DNA of 64,000 nt from the human T2T-CHM13v2.0 reference genome, Homo sapiens. The stretch lies in NCBI RefSeq assembly GCF_009914755.1, contig NC_060931.1; one strand, written 5' to 3'. Under the pieces are notes generated by a model. That model saw only the letters and a list, made by a program, of their open reading frames with translations, was not told where the DNA came from and did no database searches. Made by a program: the position numbers and the translations under genes. Shown piece after piece: positions 19,390 to 34,324 of this stretch. Position 1 is the stretch's first letter, and each line of letters starts with the position of its first letter.

Positions 19390-20815
19390 TCTTTTTAAAA
19401 AATTTATAGATTTAGAGGTACAAGTGCAGTTGTGTGACGTGGATGTCTTGTACAGTGTGGTGAAGTCTGCACTTTGAACGGATCCATCACCCAAACAGTG
19501 CACATTGCACTCAGTAGGCAGTATTGCCTCCCCAATCCCCTTCCCCCACTCCTACCTTTCGGAGTCTCCAATGTCTATTACTCCACTCTGTTTGTCTGTG
19601 TGTACCCATTGTTTAGCTCCCACTGTAAGTGAAAGCATGTTTTTTGACTTTCTGTATATGGTTCATTTCACTTAGCCCAATGGTTTCCAGCTCCATCATG
19701 TTGAGGCAAAAGACATAATTTTATTCTTTTTAACGGGTAAGTAGTATTCCATAATGTGTGTGTGTATGCCCCATTTTTTAAATCGGATTATCTGTTTGAT
19801 AGACACAGGTGGATACCCATATCTTTGCTATTGTAAATAGTGCTCTAATAAACATGTGAGTGCAGGTTCCTTTTTGATATAATATATTTTTTTCCTTTTG
19901 GGTGTATACCCAGTAACAGATTGCTGTATTGAAGAGTAGTTCTATTTTTAGTTATTTCAGAAACCTCCATATTGTTTTTCATAGAGGTTGTACTAATATA
20001 TATTCCCACCAACAGTGTGTAAGTATTCCCTTTTCTTCACGTCCTTGCCAGCATCCGTTGTTTTTTGACTTTTTAATAATAGCCATTATGACTGGTGTGT
20101 GATGGTATCTTATTGTGGCTTTAATTTGAATTTCTTTAATGATTAGTGACATTGAGCATTTTTTCATGTTCGTGTTGCTTGGATGTCTTCTTTTGAAAAG
20201 TGTTTGTTCATTCTTTGCCCACTTTTTAATCAGGTTATTCAATTAATTTATTTGTTTTTGGTCTTATTGGGTTGTATAAGTTCTTTGTAGATTCTGGATA
20301 TTAGCTCTTTGTCAGATGTATACTTTGCAAATATTGTTCCTCATTCTGTAGCTTGTCTGTTTACTTGGTTGATTATTTCTTTCACTGTGCAGAAGCTTTT
20401 TAGTTAAATTAAGTCCCATTCGTCTATTTTTATTTTTGTTGTGTTTCCTTTTGGGGACTTAGTCATAAATTCTTTGCCAAGGCTAATGTACAGAAGAGTT
20501 TTTCCAAGATTTTCTTTTAGGATATGCATAGTTTCAGATCTTATGTTTAAGCTTTTAATCCATCATGAGTAAACTTTTATATATGTTGAGAGATGGGGGT
20601 CCAGTTTTATTTTTCTGCATATGGCTAGCCAATTTTCCCAGCACCATTTATTGAATGGGGCGTCCTTTCCCTTAGTGCATATTTTTGTCAACTTTGTGAA
20701 AGGTCAGTTGGTTGTAGGTATGTGGCTTTATTTCTGGATTCTCTATTCTGTTCCCTTGATCTATTGTCTATTTTTGTACCAGCACCATGCTGCTTTGGTT
20801 ATTATAGATTTAGCC
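19390..20815 (-). mobile_element. L1PB-type LINE-1 3' portion, embedded in older antisense L1M remnants (~18.0-21.7 kb)
   Basis: TAGATTTAGAGGTACAAGTGCAGTT...GTGGTGAAGTCTG; minus-strand ORF 19979-20242 resembles the ORF2 C-domain (CWQG..LTHCWWE). Confidence 0.88.
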
Positions 20816-22339
20816 ATGGTTTACCTTATATATGACATTAGGTCAGAAACCATCTTTATTTTTCTCTATTAAGTGAACGAATTTTCTCAACATTATTTTA
20901 AACTACCCATCTTTTCTCCATTTAATTCTGGTGGCATCTTTACCAAATGTAAAATTTGTATATACATGTAAGTCAATCTCTGTCATATCTATCCTGTTTT
21001 ATTGGCTTATTAGCCTGTTCGTGATGGTCAATAAATTAATGTATTTTACCAAGACTTTGTAATATGTCTTCACAACCGGCAGGGAAAGCCTTTCCACTTC
21101 ACTTGTATTTTGCAACATTGACTTAGAGAGTCACCAATAACAATGCTAAATTTAATTTCAGCCCTTTTCTTTGCACATGTTTTACACATATAAAAATTAG
21201 CATTATATTTTCACATATTTTAACTGAATTTAGGTCATACTACCCATAATTTTGAGCTTACGTTTCTCATGATTCTTTTTTCCTATTTCATTTGGTATTC
21301 TCGCACATGTCTGCTAATCACTCTCTTGAATTTCATCATAGTGTATATGTTCCATGTTTTGAAAACCAATTGCTTATTGGCAGCCATTTAGATTGTTTCC
21401 AATTTTTCACTATTATAAATTATGCTGCAAAGAACAGTACTGCACATGCATCTTTTTAAACATCTGTGATTGATTCCTTAGGACAAATTGCTAGAAATAA
21501 AACTCCTTCATCAAAGTGTATGCTATTTTTTGAGGCTTTCTCCTTGTGCTGCCTAATTGCCCTCCAGGCAGTTTGTACTAAGTTATACTTTCATCACAAG
21601 AGTATATGAGTGCCTATTTCCTTGTACTGCACAATATTGAGAATAATTATTATTGCAATTGTTTTCTACTTAAGTAGGAAAAATAGTATAATTATTACTA
21701 GATGTTGAATATTTTAAGAATATTTTTGCTGCTATAATCACATATGCAGATTTCATTTCGATTTTGTGTAGTTTTTTTGTGCAAGGGTTACTTTTTGCAT
21801 TTGCATTGTTTCATTTACATATCAACAATAATGCTTAGTTATACAACTCTATGCTTGACAGATATTACTGCTCTGAGCCAATCAATTCTGCCTACTCCTC
21901 CCAATCCTGAATGATTTGATTTGACTTATCCTTCATTTTACTGGGGTACATGTGAATAATTCCTCTTCTTGAAAGCTGAAACACTCTACTTCTCTCTACA
22001 TGGTCGTGCATGACAACAGGTAACTGGAAATAAAATACATTGCTCTCAGTTGTTCTCCATAAAGCTCTGTAGACATCAATAGCTTCCTTGGGCAGTGAGT
22101 GGCTAAAGGAGTCTGACCCTCATTTTATTTATTTGTTTGTTTATTTTATTTACTGGTAACTTTTCCCCTTTCCTTCATGATTGTCCTTTAAAAAAACACA
22201 ACTTGGAATTAAAAAGCACAAAAATATCTGTAGAAATATATTTGCTTTTCTCCATTTTATATTAATGATCAGTTATCTTTCTCAACCTTCATAGTCTCTG
22301 TTCAGCTCAGGAAAGTTATCTTCAGTTCATCTTGCCAAC

Positions 22340-23035
22340 CATTCTTCCATTCCTTCATCCATCTATCCACAATATTTACTGTGCACCTATTACACTCTAG
22401 AGATACCATCAGGCAGAGTTTCTCCACCTCAGCACTATGGACATTTTGGACTGAATATTCTTTGTGGTGGGAGTCCTCCCTGTGCACTGTAGGATGTTTA
22501 GCAGCATTTCTGGCCCTTGTCATCTAGATGCCAATAGCATCCCCTCTCTCCCCAAGTTGTGTCTGGAAGCAAAAAATGTTTCCAGACATCCAAAGCCCCT
22601 TTATGCCATATCCAGAACCACTGCACTAGGGAACAAAACAGACAATGTGCCTGCCCTCATGGGGTAATTGAGAAGAGATGTAAAATAAGTGAATGCACTA
22701 ACACAGTGTGTTCTCTGAAGAAGAGTGCTGTGAAGACAAGTAGAGCAGGCAGGTGGAAGAGGGGGTCCCTGCGGAGCACATGCAAGGGCTGAGTGTTGGG
22801 GAAACCAGGAGGAAGTGGGTGAGCGGGTTAGGGAATGAGCAGGGCAGGGTCCCTCAGCAGGGCATGTGCTTGGTGGGACCCATGAATGAAGGCACCCTTG
22901 CAGCTGGGCCCAATGAGCGAGCAATGGGTGGCAGGTCCGAGAGGAAGCAGTGGCCACACTGTGGACGTCCTTGTGGGCTGGGCAGGGGTTTTGATTTTAC
23001 TCTGTGAGAGGAGGGAAAAAGCTTTGGATCAGGAG
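22340..23035 (-). mobile_element. L2 fragment interrupted by MER20
   Basis: CATTCCTTCATCCATCTATCCACAATATTTACTGTGCACCTA tail; resumes ACAAAACAGACAATGTGCCTGCCCTCATGG. Confidence 0.7.
22415..22623 (-). mobile_element. MER20 hAT-Charlie MITE
   Basis: CAGAGTTTCTCCACCTCAGCACTATGGACATTTTGG...GTAGGATGTTTAGCAGCAT...CTAGATGCCAATAGC...AGAACCACTG. Confidence 0.9.
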
Positions 23036-26000
23036 AGCTGCACTGTTATTTCTTTGGTTACTTTTCCCCCCATTTTCCTTACTTCTTGGATCCATATTGC
23101 AAGTGGAGTGGGTTTTCTGGTTCTCTCTTCTTGTTTACTTTATATGCTTGTGTATGTTTACTTTTATATGCTAAGCTTTTTAGCATCTTCTCATGTGCTT
23201 TAGGATACTTCCTTTCACTTTTGCTCTACTTTCTTAATTCACCTTCTGAATATCCATTCAAATATTCCTTGCCCCTATTGAAATGTTAAATTTGGCAACT
23301 ACAGCTTGTGCTTTCATTTGTTGGTTTTTTTTTTTTTTTTTTTTTTGACCTTACATGGCTTTATCTTCATGACTATCTGGCTAGTTCATAGCTAGTCCTT
23401 TTTAAATATATATATTTTTAGCACTCAAATGGATTCAGTCCAGATTAGTTATTGGTGGAATAACATTTAAATTTACTGAAATGTCATTTTCAGTTCAGTC
23501 TCTTTATTTCAGTGACTCCCTCTTGTGTCTTTGGTATGGTACATCAAAGCTAGGTAGGGACACGTTGTCTAATCATTCCCACAAGCAGGCGTCACCATGA
23601 CGTGTGAGCAGGGAGCATGGCTCTACTGCCCCAGGACCACATCCAAGCAGTCCGGGCTGAATGCTTTCAGATTTGCTGTAGCAGGTCTGGATAAGCTGTG
23701 TGTACTCCTTCTTCCAGTTCTTCCCTCCTCTAAATGGGCGTATCAATAGGCTTCTGCTGCATCTCCTTCATTTCCTTTCCAGAGGAGCTCTTTTCTCCTC
23801 CCTTCAGTTGATGCCCTCTGCACCATGTGCAGCAGAAATGCTTCTGTTTTGATATTCAGACTGTCTTACTTCTCTTGTTTTCAGCATCTATATGGGGGAG
23901 AGTTTTCTTTTTTATATTCTGTTATTTTAATAGGTCTCTGAGAAGGTAGAAATTAGATGTGCCCGATCTGCGATCTTACCTGGAAGATTCTTTATCGTGA
24001 TCCATCTGCTTACTTGAGTGGGTATGAATTTCTATATGGAAACAGTAGAACACTACACAGGTGTTTGAATGAGCGTCATTAGACACAGATGAAATGTGAA
24101 GGAACAAATCATTGAGGAGAGTGGTTGCTAAGCTGCACACTTTGAATAGAAGATTTGATGCCTCAACAGCTCCAGGAGAGAGTTGTCTTTCTCCATACAG
24201 AGTCTGAAACGACTGATTGTAATAACTCCTGTTTGACCAGGACTGAAAGGACCTTTGCCCACTGCATGCTGTTAGACTGGCAGTATCCGAACTTGGGTAA
24301 CACTTCATATCTTCTGTTGTCCCACTATTTTCCACTATTTTGCTATTTTGAACAGTGTATAGTTCCTATATATAGGGTTTTCTTCTCTAAACAAAAACAC
24401 ACTTATTGTTTTACTTATGATTATAAAGAAGACATTTGAAGTAATATCCATGTGGAGACTGACATTTTAATGATGTTCTTTTCAGGCATTTTCTTGTTTT
24501 TTCTCACCATATATAGCACTATATTCTTATATATGATAATTTTATCCTCTTCTTTCCTGTCAGATAGGTCTTCTAGATATTTCCTCATGTGGATAAATAA
24601 GCCTGTGTCATCTCTGGTGAATGAAGTTTATGCTTTTGGTTGGATATGCTATAACTTCCATTGATTAGGGGTGGTTTCCAGTTATTCATGCTTATAACAT
24701 GGTTTCAATAGACTTCTTTTTATATCTCTGTATGCATATTTTTTCAGTTACCACTACATTAAAAAATTCCTGAAAGTGGCTTCACCAGATCAAAAGATAA
24801 ACAAACACACACACTTACACCCATGTACATGTGCATCATATATATGTGTGTGTATACACGTTATGTATATTTTGCTATTAATTGCCTCCTGGAAAAATAT
24901 ACCTATTTATGCTTCTTAGAATACTTTAAAGATAGTATAACCCACAACTTTTTGTGTCATTGACCTTTATAAAATGAAAAAAATCATTCTCCCCAAATTG
25001 CCTTAGTATTCCTCTGTAGAACAACTTGACTCCAAATCATGAAGGTCAAGACGTCAGACTCCATGAATTAATAGCCATCTCCCATATTTGAGATACTATC
25101 ATCGGCATAATAGAGTACTGAGAAAGAAATCAAATCTGGATGGGTTATTTTTTGACAAGTTGCTAGGTTCCTAATCAGATTTTAGCTTCTTTTAAATGTT
25201 GTTGGTACAGGAACTTGTTTGCACATTAATTTCCTCTAGAACATCTATTCAAAGGCCAGTCACTTAGGAAGTTTTCTTCAGCAGGTCTAGTCATGCTAGA
25301 GGGATACATTTGACAAACACAAAAAATCCATTTCATTCATGTGAAATTTCTTGCTGGGGGCAAAACTACTGTTAATGAATGTGAGAATCAGAACAAGAAC
25401 AATAGAATTTGGTATGTGTGCCTTCAATCATGTATGAGGGGGAAACCAGGATTGTGATTAGTGTGTTTTTATAACATTATTCACTTAAAAATATGATATT
25501 ATAAGTAAAAGATATATGGTGCATAACAACAGATGATATGCATAGCATATCTCTTTTATTTTTCTAGGAAACAGCATTGTCTAACAACCAAAGGCAGTTG
25601 TGGCAGAAGCTTTGTCACAAGCTCGGTGGTTACTATTTCCCTTTCAGAAACAGATCCTGGCTTCATCTAGCAATTTCTCAGGATCAAGCATAGAGGAAAA
25701 TGATCTCAACCCATAAATGCCTATTAAACTCAGGGAGTCAGAGCAACAGACAAAAAGTTCATGCACACTGGATTTTCTTGCTAAGTTTATGTACTTTCTC
25801 CCTAATTAATTCAGACTTTTTTTTTTTTGCTACCTACCAAATATACAAAACACTCCTGACCACCAAACAGAGAGGGAGTCGTGTAGATGGTTAAATGTAA
25901 GCCTGCTCAGGTAAAATCAATTAGCACTAATTATCAGAATCTTTCATTTTTTAAACCCACCTTATCATTGAGGTGTTTAAAGGTCTGAGAACTGCAGATG

Positions 26001-27957
26001 AGTGACTGCTTGTCATGGTTCTGGGAGGTAAGTGGTCAATTAGTAAGCCGGCGTTCGGCCTCCATGGGCAAGGATGCGGTGACCTTTCCTTCAGGGTGAT
26101 TTTCCATCTCTCTCTGACTCTGCAAAAATACATTCTCTCCCGGTGCCTTGAATTGCATGCTTAAAGTCTGTTATTTCTGATTCTGTTTGCAGTCTTACCC
26201 TTTTCTGAGTGAAGGAAGGTCAAGAGATTTTGGCCTTTTTTGCCCTAGAGGGTAAAGGTGAAGGAAGAGGGAGTGTGAAAAGTTGTCAGGGAGCTAGAAA
26301 GCAGGGAGGAATCAGCCTCTGTGAAATGGTACTTAAAATGCCACAGCATTAGGATTCGTATGTATGACTCCCTGAGTCCACTTTGATGAAGATGAAAATA
26401 CTATTGATTTTGATTTTTTTCTCTCTATTTTTTTCTGGGATGCAGCAGTTTAATGATAATGATAACTCATTAATTGATGATAATTTAATACATTAAATAG
26501 CTATTTTATATCAAAATAAAAATGGAAAGATCAGTCATCTTTTTGTCATATAAACAGAAACTGATGATAATATCTCAAACAGACTGAAACCTTAAAAAAA
26601 CTTTCTCAGTCAACGATTGGGTCTGTTCTTTCTCCTCCCCAGAAGTCAGGTTGTGAGGATGCAGCGATGGAACAGGTCAGTGCTCTGTCCCTCTGTCTCT
26701 CTTGCTCTGAGCAGACATTTGATATCTGTTTATTGAAATAATTGGTGAACTTTTGCAAATGGGAACAAGTCCTGGGGTCACTTTCCAGCTACTTATATGG
26801 TTGTACTCTTCTACAGTATATAATTATCTCAGCAGCTAATGAAAGCTGTGGCTCTTCTTGCATAAAAACATATATACAAAATATCTGGGGTCTCAAGGGC
26901 CCCTTGAAGTTCATCCATGAACTGCAGCATAAGAACCCTGGTTGCAGAGTAAGTCCCTGAGAGTGAACAGCAGACACTGTGTAGACCTACTTCACTCTGA
27001 CTGAAAGGCATATGTGAGCTATGGCATTGATATGTTTCATTCTTCCCCAAGTCTCCACACTGATAACAATATCAGCACCTTTTCTGCTTTACTGAATATC
27101 TGACCAGAGACTTCTGGGATATACAATGGGTGTAAATAATGGCAGTATATTACTTCAAGTTACCCTGTCCTAATTTTTCCCTGCCAAGCGAAGTTGCTGT
27201 GCAGGAGCCAGCATCCCCTGGTAATTTCTTGAATTCTAAGCCTCTGCCATCAGGCTAATCTTTATATGATTCTGATTGGATATGAACATTTCTCCACTTG
27301 TTTTGTTCACAAATACTTATAAGCACCCAATGCATCCCATTCTGTATACTAAGTACAGGGGATAAAAAAAGTGACCATAAGAGACACCTTACACAATTTT
27401 CCCTAACCTTAAGGGAAAATTGACATCTGTAATGACCACTGGTTTGGGATTTGTAGAGCCGGAAAATAATTATCTTACAATTTACTGATTAATGGTCCAC
27501 CCTAACTTTGTGAATACAGCTCATTAGGAGGAATTCTTACTTTATCATGACAAGCACCCCCACTGTGTTGCCTGGTCTTGAAGGCTGCAGGCATCATTCT
27601 AATTTTACTGTATTAGACATTCCACCAGATTCTGTGAGTACATGCCTTATACATAGTAGCACTCTGAAGTATATGTGCTGATTGATCAAAGATAAATAAT
27701 TTTTCCACTGGCATTTTCATTTGATCTGGCATCTCAGCCCAATGGTTAGTTTCTAAATTTAGATTCTATATTCTTAGATGAATTGAGTGCATGAGTAGAG
27801 GAAATGGAACTGGCTTAGGAATAAGATCTGGTTTTGACGTTAGTGTAGCAGTCTTACCTCCGACCAGAGTCAATTGACTGTAAAGATGCTCAGAAACGCT
27901 AACTCAGGAAAATATTTTTGGGTGTTATTAAACATAGTTTTAGACATTTTATTGAAA

Positions 27958-30900
27958 TCAAGGAGCTTCCAGTTTCTGCTGCTACATGGAAGGTGCTTGG
28001 AAGTCATCAGTTCCAAGGAAAAAAACTGAATAAAGAGAAAGTCAGCAACTTGACCTAGATCTATCAGATAATTAAGGTCACAGGGCAAACTCCTACTCTG
28101 CAAACTGGAGAGACAGGCAGATAGATACAGAAAATCACAGCATGGAGACAAGAGAAGGAGCAGAAGCAGTCGCTGAAGCTTGAATCTGTAGAATCATTTT
28201 AAGACTGATGAGTTGGTAGGGAATGCCTGTAGACGAGGTTGGGAGTTCATTTGAAAGGGACCCAGTCTTAGTGGCCACCCACTTTCGTGAGTTTATCTAC
28301 AGGATCCTTACCAGGTCCTCACAGTGAATATCTGAAAAAAATGCCCTGGAGCTCCAGGTAGAGAGAGGGGAAAATAAACTATTTTAAAATACACCTAGAT
28401 TTTCTGTTGTCTTCAATAAGGCCTCCCCTCACTGGAAATTATTTAAAATGAGACTAACCTACTATGTTTTACCAAAGCCTAATTGCCTGGAGAAAGATAA
28501 ACACGCAATTCCTGCCATGTCCAGCTTTTGACACAGGGGATGGTAATTCAAACTCACTAAAAAGACTGAGACCTAATAGAGGACCCTAGAATGCGAGTCC
28601 CCTCCCACCACACATTGCCACCACATCACCGCTCTCATGAACAGTAACACTTGATTACAAGTAAATGAGCTGCAGCCTCAGGTCCCACTTAAAATGTCTC
28701 TAGGGACGCTCAAAGATGATATGGTAACAAAAACAAAGGCCCTAAGGAGATTTTAGCCTATAAAAACACAGCTACAGCAATCAGTAAATGCAGCCTAACT
28801 CCTAGCCAGATTACCATCAAAACACACACTAAAGCCTTGTCTACCTCATTTCCTACTTCCCAGAATGTCATATACAGCTTTCAACAAAAAATTACATGGA
28901 ATTCTCAAAGCAGGTAGAAAGCATAGAACAGAGACAAACCAAGCATCAGTTTTGCCAAACTCAAATATGGCAGAGTCTTTGGAATGATCAGTCCAGGAAT
29001 ATAAAATAACTATGATTCATATTCTAAGGATTCTAAAGGGAAAAAAGGACAACATGCAAAAAGAACCAGGAAAGGAATCAGTGAGCTTAAAGGTATGTCA
29101 ATAGAAACTTGAACATCTCTTCAGAAACAATGCAAACAAGAAGAGAGGGGACTACAATATTTGTAGTGTTAAGAAAAAAAAAGTGCCAAACCCATCAACC
29201 TAGAATTCTGTATCCAGAATAATTATCTTTTAAAAGTGAAGGAGAAATAAAGACATTCTCACACAAGGAAAAATTAAGGGAGTTTCTCACCAACAGATTG
29301 TCCCTGCAAAAAAAAAAAATGTTAAAAGAAGTTCTTCAGAGGAAAAGAAAATGGTGTAGGTCACAAACTCAGATATACATAAAGAAAAAAAGGGTTAGAG
29401 AAGAAATAAATGGAGGTAAAAGAAAATCTTGTAGTTTCCTTATTCTTAATTGATCTGACAGATAACAGTTTATCCAAAATAATAATAGCAACAATATTGG
29501 CAACCATAATGTGGATAAGTAAAATGAATTACAGCAATGTTACAAAGGATAGGAGAGAGGAGTTGAGAATACTTTGTTCTAATATACTTGCGCTACTTGT
29601 AAAGTGGAATAGTATTATTTGAAAGTAGATTTGGATTGGTCATAAATATATATTGCAAACTCTAGGTCTACCAGTAAGAAAATTTTAAAAAGAAGTATAA
29701 TTTATATGCTAAGGAGAGAAAATGGAATCCTTTAAAGTGATGGCTCAATTAAAACCAGAAAAGACAGAAAAAGAATGGAAGACCCCCCAACTACCCCCTT
29801 AAAAAGAAAAAAGAACAAGCCAGTGTATAAAACCCAGTTACATGTATAGAAGATATTAATCTATTTCAACACTTTATATTAGAATCTTTTAAAAAATATA
29901 TTAATCTATATCAACTGTAAAAGGTCAATAATCTAAATGTGCCGATTAAAAGACAGAGACTGCCACAAAGGATTAAAAAATAAGATTCATCTGTATGTTG
30001 TCTGAAGAAATATACTCTAAATGTAATGACATAAATAGACTAAATATAAAGAGAAGGAGAAAGGTATGATGCTAACACTAATCAAAAGAAAGATGCAATA
30101 GGTATATTAATTTCAGTTAAAGCAGATGGCAGAGCAGATAAGATTATCAGGGATAAATAAGGGCATTACGTAATAATAAAGGGTGTCATTTTTCCAGTAA
30201 GACATAACAAATCTGTCGAATAACAGAGTATCAGTTTACATAGAGGATAACTGACAGGATTGCGTGGAGAAATAGACAAATTCACTATTACAGTTGGAAA
30301 CCACAACACCCCCATCTGCAATTGACAAATCTAATGGAAAATCAGTAAGGACATAGCTGAACTGATCACTATCATAAATCAACTGGACCTAACTGACATT
30401 TATAGACTAATTCATCAAGCAACAACAGAAGACACATACTTCTCAAGCTTATGTAAAACATTCAGATAGACCACATTCTGGGCCATAAAACAAACCCAAA
30501 CAAAATTTAAAAGAACAGAAATCATACAAAGAGAACACTCAGACTTTAATAGTACTAAAGCAGAAATCAGTAACAAAAAGATAGATTGAAAAATCTGAAA
30601 ATCCTGGAAGATAAGAAAACACACTTCTAAATAACATATGGATCAAATAAATCTCGAGAAATTTTGAAATGTTTTGAACTAAATGAAAATACAACCTATT
30701 AGAATTCATGGAATGCAGTGAAAACAGTACTTAGAGAGAAATTTATTGAAATGAATACCTAAATTAGAGAAGAAGAAAGATCTAAAATCAATAATCTAAA
30801 TTTCCACCTTAGGAAGCTAGAAAAAAAGAGAGTAAATTATATCCAAAGTAAGAAGAACATAAATAATAAAAATCAGAGCAGAAATAAATGGAATTAAAAA

Positions 30901-31600
30901 CAGAAACACAATAGAGAAAATCAACAAAGCTAAAAGCTGGTTTTCTGAAAATATCAACACAATTGATAAAATCCTAGCCAGGGTGACCAAGAAAAAAGAG
31001 AGAAAATATAGATTACTAGTATCTAAATAGGCTATATATATTAAATAGATTAAATTAAAAAATTATAAGCCTTTCAAAACAAAGCACCAGGTCCAGATGT
31101 TTTTATTGTGGAAGTCTACCAAACATTTACGAAAGAATTGATACTAATTCTCTACGAAAAATAAATAAATAAAGCAGACAGAAAACTTTCTAACTCATTC
31201 TATGAGGCTGGAATTACCCTAATACCAACACTAGACAAAGACATTACAAGAAAGAAAAACTACAGACTAATATCTCTCATAAACCCACATGCAAAAATTT
31301 TTTAACATTTTGTTTCAAGAATGTATACAGAGAGCTATACACCATGAATAAGTGAGATTTGTTCCAGGTATGCAAGGTTGGTTCAGTGTTCAAAAATCAA
31401 TTATTGTAATTTATCACATCAATAGACCATAGAAGAAAAACTATATGATGGTGAGAAACTAGGTAATTCCTTCCTAAGAGTGGGAACAAGGCAAGGACAT
31501 CGTCTCTCACCACTCATATTCAACATCATATTGAAAATTGTAGCTAATGCAATAAGACAAGAAAATGATAAGACAAGAAAGATAAGTAGATAAATTAAAT
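27958..31600 (+). mobile_element. Ancient L1M (L1MC/MD-type) with 5'UTR, ORF1 and ORF2 remnants and internal deletions
   Basis: 5' end GCTTCCAGTTTCTG...GCTTGGAAGTC...GGTCACAGGGCAAAC; ORF1 C-terminus CAACCTAGAATTCTGTATCCAG; ORF2 EN/RT-like AGACCACATTCTGGGCCATAAAAC and CTCATTCTATGAGGC. Confidence 0.85.
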
Positions 31601-32319
31601 AAAAATCAAAGTTTGCAAAACTTTCCTATGGCACAATAAAATTATCAAGTACACATAAAATATTTTTTAAAATACACACATACAGAAACTGTAAAGATTT
31701 TTCAACGTCCTCATTTTTTATCATATTTATGTTTAGATAAATTATTTTTTTCTCAAAAATTTACCAAAGGGACATCTTTGAATATTTTCTCAAAAATAAT
31801 TAGAAAGCTACTGAGGTGTGTATGTGGGTATGTGTTTAATAGGTTTAATAATTAATATTTAATTAAATACTTTAATAGGTTTAATTTCCTTTAAATAAAA
31901 GAGGTCTTTCTATAACTCCAAATATTTACAAAACACTTAAAATTTATTAGTCAGACGATTTTGGCATTATTCAAGTTGCTTTTGACTGAACACAACAGAA
32001 ACCATTTGAGCTTGCTTAAGCAAGGGAAGGAAGCTTACTGCAGATCAGAACGCACATTCAGTGAAACAGCTGAAACTCGGGAATGGAACCTAGCACACAA
32101 GAGAAGTTCAGCATCCCTGCATTGCTAGTGTCTCATCTGATTCCTACTTTATTTTATTGTATTTTTTGCTCTGCAGACCCCCTTTTGATTTTTTTTACTT
32201 CATGTGTGAAATAGGGATTCCCCCACTTTCAGTTCCTGAATTTACACAATATACACATTACTAGTCTAGTCACATGCAGAAACCAATTAACTATGTTATG
32301 AATCTCAATTCAATGGACT

Positions 32320-33095
32320 ACCAGAAGAAATACAAATGGCCACTATAAACATGAATAGTGCTCAATATCATTCTTCATGAAGGAAATGCAATTAGATACC
32401 ACTTTATAGCCACTAAAGTGACTAAAATGATGAAGACCGATAACACTTAATGTTGGTGAATATGTCCAGCACTTGCAACTTGAATATAATGCTCATGAGA
32501 ATATAGAATTACTTTGGAAAGTTGATGAGCTGCTTTGGTCAATGAAGTGTTTTTAAAAAACATAACAATCCAACTCTAGATATTTTCTGAAGAAAAGTGA
32601 TGACATTTGTCTACATAAAGATGCATTTAAGCATGTTCATAGCACTCTCTGTTTTCTTTTTGCATAGTAGCCTCAAACTGTATACAATCTAGATACCTGC
32701 TGATGGGAGCATAAAGAAGCTATGGTTTGCTCATTCCACAGAACGTTGCTCAGCAGCATGCAGGAATGACTACCAACATGTACAGCAATGTCAACAAATC
32801 TCAGAAATATTATGCTGAATTAAAAAGCCAGACAAGAAAGAATCAGCATTATTTTATTTATGTGAAGGCCTAGAACAAGCAAACCTAATCTGTGCTGATA
32901 AAAATCATAGAGGTGGTTGTGGATGGCAGGAGGTTGACTGGAAAAAGGCACAAGGAAGTTTTATGAAAAGATGGAAATGTTTTATATGTTGACTTGCATC
33001 TTAACTACACAGGTAATGCATTTGTGAAACTTATCAATGTTTAATAGCTGTGCATTTTGCTGTATATAAATGATATTTTGATAAATAAAAGTAAG
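32320..33095 (+). mobile_element. L1ME-type 3' end
   Basis: GGAAATGCAATTAGATACCAC...AATCTCAGAAATATTATGCTGAAT..AAGCCAGAC...GATGGAAATGTTTTATAT. Confidence 0.8.
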
Positions 33096-34324
33096 CAACA
33101 TACTGTTGAACCATATTAAATTGCTTGTTTTTAGCTACTTTTAGCTACAAAAATGGCAATTTTATATGGTCCAACCTACTAATAACTTTTGTCTCTGAGA
33201 AAAATGTGAAAATTGTTTTTGAGGCTTTTTGTACAACTGCTTTAGAGCAGATGGGAGAATAAGAGGTAACCTGGGAAAAGAATAAACTATGTACAAGGAG
33301 CATGTCCTAGGAAGGTCTATTGTCCCTTCCTTACTGGTGTGTGCACATGTGTATGCATGCATGCATGTGTAATAGCACATGCATTTATGTGTGTACATTG
33401 CATGTGTGGTGTGGTGGAGGGCACCAAATAGGCCTTTCCACAAGAGACAGGTGTTGAGCTTGTGACAGATTGGACAATGTATCTGCATTAACTGGCTTTA
33501 TTTACATGGCATTTTGCTCAGTCAATTTATGGCATTCTTCTGAGCACCTGGATCTGGTTGTTCTGTGTAAAAATGGTTTTCATTCTGAAAATCACAAAAC
33601 CCACTTTTGCTTGGAATATGGTTTTCTACTGGCTGAGATTTATTTTAATGCTGAAAAGCCGGACCCAATTTATTGTGAGTTTTCAGCAAATCCTTCTCAG
33701 ATTGCCAGGAATCCCACTGTTTGAATGCACATGTGGAAAAATATTGAGACTGAGCTGTTGAAATGTGTTGGATTATTGAGAAACTGAAAATAGTAAATAG
33801 TTAATTGAGTAGAAAATAGGTTTGGCAAGGCTTTATGAGCTAGAGAGAAAAGTTGATAGACTGGACCCTGGAACCACACATATGAGAGAATTTATATTGT
33901 TGAAACTCAACTCAATGGCCTGTAACTGCTGTGGGTCAGTTGTGAGTGTGGCCAGAGCCTTGGGAAGACATTCTGAGCACATGGGCTCAAATGACCACTG
34001 AAGATCCTGCATGAACAATCCTTTCTCTACCTGTGACCGCCACCCATTTTTGCTGATTGAAAATTAACCCATAATAGCATAACCTCATAGTGCTATGTCA
34101 GTTGGTCATGTTGTCCTGTCTGTGTTCAACTGTGAGGAAGTCTTCTTCCGGGCAACACAACAGAGATTCCTATTCTGAAATATAGTTGAATGCTTTATAG
34201 CTTTAGATAATTTTGGATTATAAAACCTGTTAGAAGTCCTTTATGGAAAAAAGAAAGCTGTACACAATGAAACAATGAAAAATTAAGAAGGAAATAGTAA
34301 ACCACTTTCCAATGAAACATATGA

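Noticed and set aside
31835-31885. TTTAATAGGTTTAAT direct repeat
   Set aside because: Short duplication in very AT-rich, low-complexity DNA; no further structure.
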